This document shows positions 18,798 through 28,393 of a stretch of DNA of 44,373 nt, piece by piece (the stretch's first letter is position 1; the number at the start of each line of letters is the position of its first letter). The notes under the pieces are model-generated. The model searched no databases. It worked only from the letters and a program-made list of their open reading frames with translations, and was not told the origin of the DNA. A program made the translations under genes and the position numbers. This stretch comes from a virus: the IMG/VR virus record IMGVR_UViG_3300045988_033491, positions 1-44,373 of that record, one strand, 5' to 3'.

Positions 18798-19051
18798 AGC
18801 AATATGCGGGTTATGGTCGTTGAACAAAAAGGAACCAACAGCAACGCCGGGTTCCCGGTACATATCGCAAACAGGACGGACAATAATACGCCGACCCACC
18901 ACGACAAACAGAAATCGCAACGGAACATCTTATTGAAAAAGTCGTTGCCGTGAACTTGGACGTATTCAATAACGCCCCATTTTTTCGCAACCGTCAACAG
19001 GAACGCCGCCACGGTTGCCACTACTAAAACCCAAATTATAAATATCTGCAT
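18794..19051 (-). CDS. Small integral membrane protein (85 aa) embedded in the tail module.
   Basis: ATG at 19051 (MQIFIIWVLVVATVAAFLLTVAKKW...FRCDFCLSWWVGVLLSVLFAICTG...). Two to three hydrophobic helices and a CxxC next to a TM helix. Confidence 0.6.
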   Translation of the reverse strand: MQIFIIWVLVVATVAAFLLTVAKKWGVIEYVQVHGNDFFNKMFRCDFCLSWWVGVLLSVLFAICTGNPALLLVPFCSTTITRILL

Positions 19052-19055
19052 AACT

Positions 19056-19652
19056 CTAAATGTTACAAGGTTGTGAAATTGACAATACACCCTCAAAGCG
19101 AAAACCGCCGAACGGGTGCATTAAATATTGGTTGTCCACTTCATCCAAAGTAAAACCCCGGTAAACGTTTTCGGCTAACTCATAAACCCGGTTAATCTCA
19201 ATTGTTCCCGCTTTCAACCAAAAGCCGCCATTTAAGACGTTTAATATTTCGTTTTTCAACGCCTCGGTATTCCGGTTGTTCTGTTGTCCCGGATATACTT
19301 TGCGTAAATCAAACCACACAATAAGCGCAAACGGGGCTTTTATTGTGCTTTGCTCCTTTGGAACCCAACCCACGCTTTGCGGGTCGTCAACCCAAAAGAA
19401 CGAAAAGTTGCCAATATTGGCGTCCGGGGATACGTCGATATAATCGTTGTTTCCCCGCCATTGTGTCCCGCCCGCATATACGTTGGGGGTATAATACCGT
19501 TTGCCGTTTATGACTTTCGCCACACGTTGCGCCCTACCAAACGCCACGTCCAACCAATCCACGTTGTCAGACAATCCGGTTTGCATTTCCCCAATAACCC
19601 GGTCGATTAATACCGGGTTGGGGATAATTGGTATATCTTTATTCTTTGCCAT
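19056..19652 (-). CDS. Tail structural protein, a candidate major tail/tube protein (198 aa).
   Basis: Positional only: it lies upstream of the chaperone and tape measure genes. Confidence 0.4.
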   Translation of the reverse strand: MAKNKDIPIIPNPVLIDRVIGEMQTGLSDNVDWLDVAFGRAQRVAKVINGKRYYTPNVYAGGTQWRGNNDYIDVSPDANIGNFSFFWVDDPQSVGWVPKEQSTIKAPFALIVWFDLRKVYPGQQNNRNTEALKNEILNVLNGGFWLKAGTIEINRVYELAENVYRGFTLDEVDNQYLMHPFGGFRFEGVLSISQPCNI

Positions 19653-20109
19653 ATATTACAGTTTTTGCCCGTTTCAATAAATCCGGGAATATGTATTGCC
19701 AAATCAACGCCGCAATGTTTTCGTTCGTCAATCCCAATATTTGCCGCCCGTACTTTTTTATCAAATCTTCCGTCTTGAAATCCGCCGCTTTTATTTCAAA
19801 TTGTTTGTCGCTAACCTCCAAAAAGAACGACGTTTCAAAATCCCCGGTATCCCTCAACGTTACCCGGTTGGTCGGTTGTCCCTTTTCCTCCTTTATGGCT
19901 ATCGTTAACGGGGAATACGGGGCGTAATCCATTATATCCACGCCTAAACGGTTAATACCCTGTTCAAACAATTGTTCCTCGGCGTTCATATCAATAATAT
20001 AGGCGTCGTTATCCCATATTATTTGCTGTATGTATCCGCCGGACGATAAGCCATTGTTGAACACGACAACCCGGTTGCGTAAATCCTGTATTGATTGTAA
20101 CCCCGCCAT
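19639..20109 (-). CDS. Head-tail joining / neck protein candidate (156 aa).
   Basis: Positional only. It overlaps the downstream gene by 14 nt. Confidence 0.4.
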   Translation of the reverse strand: MAGLQSIQDLRNRVVVFNNGLSSGGYIQQIIWDNDAYIIDMNAEEQLFEQGINRLGVDIMDYAPYSPLTIAIKEEKGQPTNRVTLRDTGDFETSFFLEVSDKQFEIKAADFKTEDLIKKYGRQILGLTNENIAALIWQYIFPDLLKRAKTVIYGKE

Positions 20110-20113
20110 TGCC

Positions 20114-21451
20114 TTACGTTGTACGGTATTTTACGCCGTGGTTATTACACGATAAACAAATACGGTCAATACCTTGCGTATCCAACCGTAACGCCTCGTA
20201 TGCTTTTTTAAGGTCATAACCCAAACCGCCGGGGCGTCCCTCAACGTTGCCGTCCAATTCGTACAATATTTCCAACCGGGTTGCGTTTACTTGGTTCCGG
20301 TTAACCTTAACGTCCGGGTTCATCGCTAACGTGCGTAAAGCAATTGCGGCGACCTGTCGTTGCAATACCGTTTGGAAAATCTGCCGTTCTTTAATGATAA
20401 AATCCGTAAGGTCGCAACCTACGGTTATTTCACAATTCAACCCGTAATTTTGGGTATTCGTGTACATCGTCAACGCTATATCCCACAACTCCGGGTATTC
20501 GTCGAATGTTTCCGGGGCGTTGTACATGAACGGGGATACCTGTAAATATTTGGTTATTTCCCGCCATTGTTCAATGTTGACGTAACCCGTACACGTTCCG
20601 CACGGTTCCCGGCTCCAATCCTTAACCATGTTAATTGCCTGCATCCCGGCGGGCAAATCGTTTTGATTGTAGCAAAGGAACCACGACCCCCCGGCGTTGT
20701 TTGCGTCGCTGATATATGGCAAATAACAATCTTTCAACGGGAACCATTGAAAGCCGCCGTTTGTCTGCGTGAAATTCAAATCAAACGTCTTTATCGGGTC
20801 TATTTGGGACGAATGAAACAAATACATACGAACAACCCCGGTTCCGCCTGTCATTTGCAAACCGATTTGTTCGATTTTCATTGTTACCCCCATTGAACGA
20901 ACCGGGACAATTTCAAACCCTACCAACTTATGATTATTAGGCAACGTCGCCCGGATACGTCCCGCACCGTCAAAGAACGTGCGACGCTCCAAAAGGTTCT
21001 TTGTTTCCTTATCCAATCCTTTTATCTGCGTGAACGTTTGTACCATTTGGGAAATACCGTTGCGGGTCAATCGCTCCAAATAATCGGATAAATAGTTGTA
21101 CGGTTGCCAATACGGGTTGCCGTAATCATTGTTGTAATCTTCGTTAAAATCGCTTTCGGTTGGTTCCTCGTTTGTGCTTTCCTGTGTGGCAATCCATACT
21201 TTGCCATTGTGTCGAACCTTTGCCCCAACCTTATACGTCAATATCAAATTCCATTCGGGATATTGAAAAACGAAATCATCCGGCATAATAGCCCGGATAT
21301 TATCTAACGTAACAAGCGGGTGCGCACCTTGAAAGTACAACCCGCTTTCCGTCTGCGTTAAATCGTCGTTTATCGCTTTTGCCGGGTCAAACGATTGTTC
21401 CCACCCGACAACGTGCAATAATGCGTCTTGTATATCTTTTAATCGGTACAT
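20114..21451 (-). CDS. Virion structural protein of unknown role (445 aa).
   Basis: Directly follows the capsid gene and its hairpin. Contains a DFNEDYNNDY motif and a CGTC pair. Confidence 0.5.
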   Translation of the reverse strand: MYRLKDIQDALLHVVGWEQSFDPAKAINDDLTQTESGLYFQGAHPLVTLDNIRAIMPDDFVFQYPEWNLILTYKVGAKVRHNGKVWIATQESTNEEPTESDFNEDYNNDYGNPYWQPYNYLSDYLERLTRNGISQMVQTFTQIKGLDKETKNLLERRTFFDGAGRIRATLPNNHKLVGFEIVPVRSMGVTMKIEQIGLQMTGGTGVVRMYLFHSSQIDPIKTFDLNFTQTNGGFQWFPLKDCYLPYISDANNAGGSWFLCYNQNDLPAGMQAINMVKDWSREPCGTCTGYVNIEQWREITKYLQVSPFMYNAPETFDEYPELWDIALTMYTNTQNYGLNCEITVGCDLTDFIIKERQIFQTVLQRQVAAIALRTLAMNPDVKVNRNQVNATRLEILYELDGNVEGRPGGLGYDLKKAYEALRLDTQGIDRICLSCNNHGVKYRTT

Positions 21452-21470
21452 CTGCGTTCTAAATTAACAA

Positions 21471-21500
21471 GGGGGGCGGGGATACCTTACCCCGTCCCCC
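21471..21500 (-). terminator. GC-rich stem-loop after the major capsid gene; putative attenuator or terminator.
   Basis: An 11-bp G/C stem with one mismatch and an 8-nt loop. Minus-sense tail TTGTTAATTT. Located between the stop at 21533 and the next ATG at 21451. Confidence 0.45.
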
Positions 21501-21532
21501 TCGGCATTTGTTAATAATAAGCGTTGAAAAGG

Positions 21533-22642
21533 TTACGCACCACCCCCGGCGGGAAATTGTGCGGCGTTCGTTACATAAACGGGCATACCTAACGGTTCGT
21601 TCGGGTTACGTGCGGCAATCTCGGCTTTGATAATCGGGTTTGCCACGGTGTCCGGGTTGCTGTTATATGCTACCATGTAGGCAACATCAACAGAAAATCC
21701 GAAATACTCCTTAACGGCACACGTCAAATCGGCGGTTGCGTCGCCCATGATTGCGGACTGGTCGCCAACGGCGGTGTAATAGTGCGAACCAACGGGCAAA
21801 TCAATGTACGGCAAACGTACAACGTCCCATTCGTGGAAATTCGCACGGGTGCGGCGCAATGCCTCACGGTCAACCCTTGTAAGAATACCAACGTTACCGT
21901 CCGCAACGGCAAACATTGTTCCCATTTTTCCGCTTTCGTCCGTTACGTTGTTCGTGTAATGCAATACTTTGTTATCGTATTCCATACGCTTGTTAACGTC
22001 GTTGTAAACCCCGTGTTGTGCCAACTTGCGGATAAGGCTATCAACCCCGGCGTTTGCGATTAAGTGGATATATTCCGGGTAACAGTTAGCCCGCATAATC
22101 GGGTTAATATCGCCCAAAATTTCGGTTGCCATTTGGGTTGGAACCTGTACAACATTTCCGGTCTGCGTGTAGTTAAGCAAGGTTTTGAAAACCTGTGTTT
22201 TGTTTGCCTCCAATGCGGCAACCGCTCCGACGTCCAATTTGTCAGCCAACGCACGACACGTTTTTTCCATTTTACGCAAAAAATCGTGTTCGTATGAAAT
22301 TTCGTTGTTCATGTATGCGGCGGGAACCATAGTAAACCCAATTGCATACGTCGCCCAAACGACCGTTACCAATGCGGACGTATTTTCATCGTCTGCGATA
22401 ACGCACGAACGCACGTTGCTAACTTGTACATCCCCGTCGTAATTGATAACCGGGATTTGTACGGTATTACCGATTGACGCAAACGCACGGTCGCGCAAAT
22501 TCGGATTAATGATTGAGGACGGTGCGTTGGTTTGCTCAATAAAGAAATCCAATGCGCCATACTCACACGGGCGGGTCATATTACGGTCTAATTCCGGGTT
22601 CTCAATCCGCCAATTCTGCAATCTTGTTGCTACTAATGACAT
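21533..22642 (-). CDS. Major capsid protein (369 aa).
   Basis: Its size, its position right after the scaffold-like gene, and the strong hairpin downstream. No motif-level proof. Confidence 0.7.
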   Translation of the reverse strand: MSLVATRLQNWRIENPELDRNMTRPCEYGALDFFIEQTNAPSSIINPNLRDRAFASIGNTVQIPVINYDGDVQVSNVRSCVIADDENTSALVTVVWATYAIGFTMVPAAYMNNEISYEHDFLRKMEKTCRALADKLDVGAVAALEANKTQVFKTLLNYTQTGNVVQVPTQMATEILGDINPIMRANCYPEYIHLIANAGVDSLIRKLAQHGVYNDVNKRMEYDNKVLHYTNNVTDESGKMGTMFAVADGNVGILTRVDREALRRTRANFHEWDVVRLPYIDLPVGSHYYTAVGDQSAIMGDATADLTCAVKEYFGFSVDVAYMVAYNSNPDTVANPIIKAEIAARNPNEPLGMPVYVTNAAQFPAGGGA

Positions 22643-22696
22643 AATCTAAAATTTTTATTGTTTATAAATGCGGGTTTACCCTTTACCCGTGGTTGT

Positions 22697-23653
22697 TTAT
22701 TTCTCCGGCAATGCGGCAACGTTGTTGTCCTGCCATGCCTGTTTCATTGCGGTATCGAATTTCTCCGACCCCGCCGTTAGCCCTTGCGCCATAAGGTTTG
22801 CGGCGATTGCGTCGTAAGCCTCAACACGGGTTTTTGCACCTGTAACGTCAACGGTTGTAACACCGCCGCCCGCACCGGAACCGCCCGCCGGGGGAACCGT
22901 TCCGCCGCCCGCCGCTTGGCGTCCTTTGTCGATAATACCCATTGTTTCCAATTCCTTTGCCAACAGGTCGCCCGGCGTGTACGGGTTTAACTGATTGTTC
23001 GGGTTACGCATGATTGCCCCGGTTTCGTCCTTAAACGCAATGATTTTGCCGCCTTTGCCGTCGTCGATAAATTCGGGGTTCATACCCTTAATTTTGTCGA
23101 TTGCTTGACCTAACAAAACCTTTGTTGCGCTTTCCGGCAATCCCGCCTTAAACTTCAACCCGGCGGTTGCACTATTCAACGCCCCCTCAATACGAACGCC
23201 GAACAACTCCTTTTGGTAATTTTGTTCGGCTTCGTCGTATTTCGTTTTGAGGTCGTTAAACTGTGTCGTTACCGCCGTTAGGTCGGCTTTCGCTTGCTTC
23301 AATGCCTTTGCGGTTTCCGCATCGGTCGCACCATCGGCAATTGCTTTTTCCAAACGTGCCTTTTCTTTCGTCAGACTGTCGATTTGGGATTGCAACCCGG
23401 TTGCGCCCTCGGCTTTGGTTTTGAACTCGGCGACCACACGTTTTGCGTAATCAAACGTTTTTTCGGTTCCATTCTTTGCGATACCGGACGCCGCCAATAT
23501 ATCGGCATCCAATCCGCCGTAAATTTCGCCCGTCTTTTTCGCTATAACGCTGTTTTCGTCGTTAGCGGACAATGTAGTAATTGCCGCAATTTGTTCGTCG
23601 GTTAATCCGGCTAACGCCGCATTTGCCCTTAATATTTCGCTTGTTAATGCCAT
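22697..23653 (-). CDS. Scaffolding protein (318 aa).
   Basis: Ala/Lys/Glu-rich predicted coiled coil (LTKEKARLEKAIADGATDAETAKALKQAKADLTAV...). It lies immediately upstream of the capsid gene. Confidence 0.6.
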   Translation of the reverse strand: MALTSEILRANAALAGLTDEQIAAITTLSANDENSVIAKKTGEIYGGLDADILAASGIAKNGTEKTFDYAKRVVAEFKTKAEGATGLQSQIDSLTKEKARLEKAIADGATDAETAKALKQAKADLTAVTTQFNDLKTKYDEAEQNYQKELFGVRIEGALNSATAGLKFKAGLPESATKVLLGQAIDKIKGMNPEFIDDGKGGKIIAFKDETGAIMRNPNNQLNPYTPGDLLAKELETMGIIDKGRQAAGGGTVPPAGGSGAGGGVTTVDVTGAKTRVEAYDAIAANLMAQGLTAGSEKFDTAMKQAWQDNNVAALPEK

Positions 23654-23687
23654 AATCTTACCCTTTGATTATTTGATTTATAATTGG

Positions 23688-24221
23688 TTACTTTTTCGCT
23701 CCGGTTTTGCCCTCGGCGTCGGCTTCTGCCTTTGCTTTCGCATCGGCTTTGGTTTCCTTTACAGGTTCCGCCGGGATAACTCCCGCCGCTTTCAATTCTG
23801 CCAAAATTTCCGCTTTTAGTGCGTCTTTCTCGGCGGCTTTTGCTTTGGCGTCGGCTTCTGCCTTTGCTTTCGCATCGGCGGCGGCTTTTTCCTCGGCGGC
23901 TTTCTGTTGTGCGGCGGTACGTTGTGCGGCTTCCTCCGTTTGTGCTTTTACATACTCGTTGGGGTCGTGCAAAATCGTAACGGTGTATCCCTGTTTTTTC
24001 AACGCATCGGCAACGCCGTTTTCAAATCCTTTTTTCCCGAATTTCTGAATACGGGGGATTGAAAGACGTTTGCCCGTTTCGCTGTCAAACTTGCGTACCT
24101 CAATGATGCAATGATACAAATGTTGTTCGTTGCTCGGTACAATGTAGTTTTCCGGGTTGACGTCGGTAATTGCGACGTCCTTTGTTTTACCCTCGGTTGC
24201 TGTTTTCACTCGCATACTCAT
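23688..24221 (-). CDS. Head-module protein with an Ala/Lys-rich repetitive C-terminal half (177 aa).
   Basis: Sits between portal and scaffold. Contains two copies of ADAKAKAEADA encoded by a perfect 33-bp direct repeat. Confidence 0.6.
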   Translation of the reverse strand: MSMRVKTATEGKTKDVAITDVNPENYIVPSNEQHLYHCIIEVRKFDSETGKRLSIPRIQKFGKKGFENGVADALKKQGYTVTILHDPNEYVKAQTEEAAQRTAAQQKAAEEKAAADAKAKAEADAKAKAAEKDALKAEILAELKAAGVIPAEPVKETKADAKAKAEADAEGKTGAKK

Positions 24222-25908
24222 TGAATTTATTTGTTATTACTCTGATTTTATCGGCGAACGGTATTTGCGTCCCGAACTCCAATAGGTTTGTATTTTCCCG
24301 CTCAAATCTGCGTACAAAGTTAGCAAAGTTAAGTTTTATACGCAATTCGTTTTCGGTTATTAAGTTACGCCCGTACAAATCCAATGCCTCGTTACGGGTT
24401 AAATGTCGGTACGGCTCCAATTCCGCCAATATTAACATACGTTGCAATTGGGTTTGGTTGTTCCTGTATTCCGTTTCGATTATCTGATTTTGTAGGGCAT
24501 CCAATTCCGCCTCACTTGCGCCGCTTTCTTTGGCGGCTTTATAACGGTTCCGTAACTCGTTTGCATCATACAAATAAAACTCCGTTCCGTAATTCACTTT
24601 TGCAGATACAAACAACGACCCATAACGTAAACGGCAAACGGTTTCATCGACGAACTGTTGTGCGCTCTCAAAGCCTTTTTTTACCCGGTTTAATACCGTG
24701 GATTGGCTTTCAAATGCCGCCATAACTTGTTGTTCGTTGAACGCCTCCCGTTGCGTTACTTCCTCGTTTTGTCCCACGACGGCGGTAATAATGTTTTCCC
24801 GCAATCGTTTTTCTTCCTCAACGTTATATTCCAAACTCCCACGGTCAACGGTCAACATTTGCACCGGGTTTCGTAAATCCGGTTGTTTGTCGCCGTCCGG
24901 TATCGGTATTTCCACGAACGAACCCGCCCCGGTAATACGCTTATCCCCGCATTTGGGGCAACGCATCAATAACCCGGCTTGGTCTAACCTGTAATACCCT
25001 TGTTTGTCTTTCAAAAAACCACCGTCGCAATAATCGCCGTTCTCGGCGTTGCTGAAATCGCACGATTGTTCGTAACCGGAATAAATCGGATACGCTCCGT
25101 ACATATCCAAATGACGCTTTGAAATATGGAAAAACAGGAACCAATCTAACGCCTCCAATTCCTTTGTAAGCGGGGATTGCTTAACGTCGGGTTCCTGTAA
25201 ATTCATTGGTTCACTCCAAAAGAAACGGGCGGGACAATATCCCAAATCGTGCGGACTATCAACCAATAATTCGCCAATGTTGCCCCCGTCGCTCTCTCTG
25301 AATATCCGGTAACGTTCGTTGTCTATAACGGCAATACGTTTGTCGTGTTGGCGGAAAATTATCCAATCCATAACGCCCGTTGTCCGGTTCGCTTCAAAGG
25401 TTATGACGCTTTCGATTGGCAACCAATAAAAATACGGTGCGGGGTAACGGTCGGCGGGGTTTTGTTCGGCGGGCAAATCAACAATTAACACGCTGTTTAT
25501 TTCCGTCTTGAAAAACTCCCAACCCTTTGTACTCCAAACCTCCGGTTCTCTTAAAACGTCCTGTCGGTAATACTCCCAATCGTCCCGTTGTTCGCTATTC
25601 ATAAATTGATAGTTGAACGCCGGGTTACGACCGTCGAAAATGCGGCTCAACTTATCAAAACAAATGCCCGTTACCTCATTCGTGCGAACGGGGTAACGGA
25701 ACAATGTTTTGAATATCTTAAATTTGTCGTGCGGGATAAGGTTTTGAACCCACGCCAAAAAATCGGTCGTCGGCAAACACATTAAGGGCGTAACGTTGGT
25801 TTGAGCGTGAAATTTAATGCGGTTTTGGTGTCTTACCGCCTTACTTATCGTCGCCCGTTTCCGTGGTTCCGTTATTTCCTTTTTTATGCGTTCTAACTCT
25901 AATCCCAT
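24187..25908 (-). CDS. Portal protein (573 aa).
   Basis: Its size and its position between the terminase block and the scaffold/capsid genes. Confidence 0.65.
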   Translation of the reverse strand: MGLELERIKKEITEPRKRATISKAVRHQNRIKFHAQTNVTPLMCLPTTDFLAWVQNLIPHDKFKIFKTLFRYPVRTNEVTGICFDKLSRIFDGRNPAFNYQFMNSEQRDDWEYYRQDVLREPEVWSTKGWEFFKTEINSVLIVDLPAEQNPADRYPAPYFYWLPIESVITFEANRTTGVMDWIIFRQHDKRIAVIDNERYRIFRESDGGNIGELLVDSPHDLGYCPARFFWSEPMNLQEPDVKQSPLTKELEALDWFLFFHISKRHLDMYGAYPIYSGYEQSCDFSNAENGDYCDGGFLKDKQGYYRLDQAGLLMRCPKCGDKRITGAGSFVEIPIPDGDKQPDLRNPVQMLTVDRGSLEYNVEEEKRLRENIITAVVGQNEEVTQREAFNEQQVMAAFESQSTVLNRVKKGFESAQQFVDETVCRLRYGSLFVSAKVNYGTEFYLYDANELRNRYKAAKESGASEAELDALQNQIIETEYRNNQTQLQRMLILAELEPYRHLTRNEALDLYGRNLITENELRIKLNFANFVRRFERENTNLLEFGTQIPFADKIRVITNKFNEYASENSNRG

Positions 25909-26059
25909 TATCTACAAATTCAAAAGTTGATTTTTCGGGTAATCGCCAACCGCCGTTGTTCTTCATCCGCAATAAACGTTCGGCGTGGCTTATCTCAAAT
26001 TCTTGCGTCGTGTTCAACGGCGGACACTCTAACACGACCTTTGTAACCTTTGCCGCCAT
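25841..26059 (-). CDS. Hypothetical protein (72 aa).
   Basis: ATG at 26059, 4 nt after the upstream stop. Its 3' end overlaps the portal start by 68 nt. Confidence 0.5.
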   Translation of the reverse strand: MAAKVTKVVLECPPLNTTQEFEISHAERLLRMKNNGGWRLPEKSTFEFVDNGIRVRTHKKGNNGTTETGDDK

Positions 26060-26063
26060 TGCG

Positions 26064-26714
26064 TTAAGGTTGTGCGGGTTTCAAATCCGTTAACGGGTTG
26101 AACTCCGGTGCGACAATCGCCAAATCGTCCGACCAATTGGGTAGGAAAGTCCACGATATTGCGTTGCTGTCCGGGGCTTCCAAACCTCCCAACGTTTTGT
26201 CCCCTACGAACAAAGAACGAATTGGAATAGGGTAATAGGTTCCCGCCGTACTTGCGTCCTCAATCGCTCCGATTGCGCCGTTTTCGTCAAACAGGAAAAC
26301 ACCCAAATTGTCGCCCCAACTTTCGCATTGCATTTCTTTCAATGCTTTGATTGTCGATTGGGCGGACTTGCGAATTACTCCGGTAAACGGGGTTGGTTCA
26401 CGTCCTACAATTTCCTCAACGCCTCCCAATGTTTCGTTACCGCCTCCGAATGTCCGGGCGGCTCCCGCCTCGGCGGTTGGGGCTTGGATATACGGGGAAA
26501 CAACAACCTTTGTATCGTCAGCCGCCGACAACAACGGCGTCCATGATGCAAGCAATGTTATTGCCTTTTGGGTTGTAAAACTGTTTTTCGTTCCGTCCGC
26601 TTTGGTTAGACGTTGAAACGCTACCTTTTGAATTTGCCCGAAAGTTTCGCCACAATTGGAAACGGGAACGTCGGGCAATGCAGCCCCCGCCGGGCATTTA
26701 CAAATTAAAGCCAT
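26064..26714 (-). CDS. Hypothetical protein (216 aa) between TerL and portal; possibly structural.
   Basis: ATG at 26714, preceded by a 125-bp intergenic gap. No motif recognised. Confidence 0.6.
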   Translation of the reverse strand: MALICKCPAGAALPDVPVSNCGETFGQIQKVAFQRLTKADGTKNSFTTQKAITLLASWTPLLSAADDTKVVVSPYIQAPTAEAGAARTFGGGNETLGGVEEIVGREPTPFTGVIRKSAQSTIKALKEMQCESWGDNLGVFLFDENGAIGAIEDASTAGTYYPIPIRSLFVGDKTLGGLEAPDSNAISWTFLPNWSDDLAIVAPEFNPLTDLKPAQP

Positions 26715-26839
26715 AATTTACTTTGTTTTTAACGTTAAAAATACTGTTGATTATCTCCGGGCTTTCCCTTTGCCCTTTGTTTTCGCCTACAAAGTTATAA
26801 ACTTTTTCGGTTACAAACTTGCATATACCAAAAATTATG

Positions 26840-28393
26840 CTAATTGCGACGTTTTACGCCTCGGCGTTCGTGCGTATATGGCATAATATTACCGTCGGCA
26901 ATCTCTTTTTCATATATCCCGGTCAATCCGTCCTCCGGGTCGTCGTGCGTGTTGGCATCGAACTTACGCAAAAATCCGGTTACATGGTCGTAAACGGCTT
27001 TGTATCTGTTTTCCCAACCGAACGGCATAATAACGGATTGATTGACCATTGCGGAATTAGTAACAATCCGGCTTTCCTTGTTACCCCCTTGATAAAACGG
27101 GTCAGTCATTGCACGGACTTTCTTTTTAATAACCTTTTCGTAACCCGCACCGCCGTTGTTGCTTTCAACCCATACTTTTTGCGTACCGTTACGGTTAATC
27201 ATTGCCGGGACGGTTACGGTTGTTACGTCCGTGTTTTCGTCTGTCATTTCCATATCGGTAATTAGGGCAAACAATATCGGCTCCATGCGTTTTGTTTTCT
27301 CATTGAAAAACAGGTTGTCGGATTTATAGACGTCATACGTTGCGGCAAACAACAGGTCGTCGCCCTCATCCGCAACGTCAATGTATGCGCCCGAACGAAT
27401 GTACGTGCCGAAATCGGACTTTTCAACCCATGTTTTGAACGGCTGATACAAACGACCCTCGGCGGAACCGGGGTTGCCCTGATACAAACATTGGAATTGT
27501 ACCGGGTCTAATGCTTTTTGCCCCTCCAATTTTAGCTTACTGTGTCGGCTTTCCCATAACGCCGCCCCCGGTTCCCGTGGGTCTATCTCCGTGGGTGCGC
27601 CTGTCTTTATTGCCTCAAAGTTTATGCGAACCCACGCCCCCGGCGGTATGTTCTGCAAATCCGCCCAACACGTAACATCAATAATCGTTTCCCCGCTCTT
27701 TTCAATGCGTCCAATCAAATCGTCGTCGTGCCAACGGGTAAATACGATTAATTCCTGTGAATTGTTGTGCAAACGGGTACGTACAACGGTCGTGTACCAT
27801 TTCCACGCCGCCGCCCTTACAATCGGGCTGTTACCCTCGGCGTAATCCTTATACACGTCGTCCAATATTGATACGTCCACGGTTTTAGACGTCAGCGAAC
27901 CGCCACGACCAACAACACGCAACGACCCCTTACGCCCGACCATTTCGATAACGTCGCTATTCCGTAAGTATGTATTTGCCATTGTTACGACGTTTGACCC
28001 GTTTAGGTACGTACCGGGGAACAATTCACGATACCGGGGCGTGTCGATTATTCGTTGAACGTCCCGGTTGAAATCCCGTGCAATCGTGGCGGCGTATGAA
28101 CCGATAACAATTTTCAAATCCGGGTTTAATCCCTCCATGAAAGCGGGTAATTTACGGCTCGACCCCTCGGATTTACCATGTTGGGGCGGCTGTTGTACAA
28201 TCATCTTTCGTATTAACCCGTGTGCGAACATATCCAACAGGGTATAATAAACGACGTGGAACGGCTCCAATACCAAATCCGGTTGCATATACCGGGCAAA
28301 GTTAATAAGACGCTTACGGGCGGCGGCTTTGACTAATTCGCCGGGGTTCTCGCTTATCGCTTTGTACATCTGCAATAATTGTTCGTTGTTCAT
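26840..28393 (-). CDS. terL: Terminase large subunit.
   Basis: Walker A-like PQHGKSE and Walker B-like VSILDDVYKD, plus a C-terminal nuclease-sized domain. The ATG at 28393 forms an ATGA overlap with the upstream stop; an alternative ATG is at 28417. Confidence 0.85.
   Translation of the reverse strand: MNNEQLLQMYKAISENPGELVKAAARKRLINFARYMQPDLVLEPFHVVYYTLLDMFAHGLIRKMIVQQPPQHGKSEGSSRKLPAFMEGLNPDLKIVIGSYAATIARDFNRDVQRIIDTPRYRELFPGTYLNGSNVVTMANTYLRNSDVIEMVGRKGSLRVVGRGGSLTSKTVDVSILDDVYKDYAEGNSPIVRAAAWKWYTTVVRTRLHNNSQELIVFTRWHDDDLIGRIEKSGETIIDVTCWADLQNIPPGAWVRINFEAIKTGAPTEIDPREPGAALWESRHSKLKLEGQKALDPVQFQCLYQGNPGSAEGRLYQPFKTWVEKSDFGTYIRSGAYIDVADEGDDLLFAATYDVYKSDNLFFNEKTKRMEPILFALITDMEMTDENTDVTTVTVPAMINRNGTQKVWVESNNGGAGYEKVIKKKVRAMTDPFYQGGNKESRIVTNSAMVNQSVIMPFGWENRYKAVYDHVTGFLRKFDANTHDDPEDGLTGIYEKEIADGNIMPYTHERRGVKRRN

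Noticed and set aside
26790-26817. A TAACTTTG box in the gap after terL as a promoter.
   Set aside because: The spacer to the nearest TTTG is 16 bp, and the extended TTTTGGTA -33 context is absent. It is kept only as a remark in the terL-portal finding.
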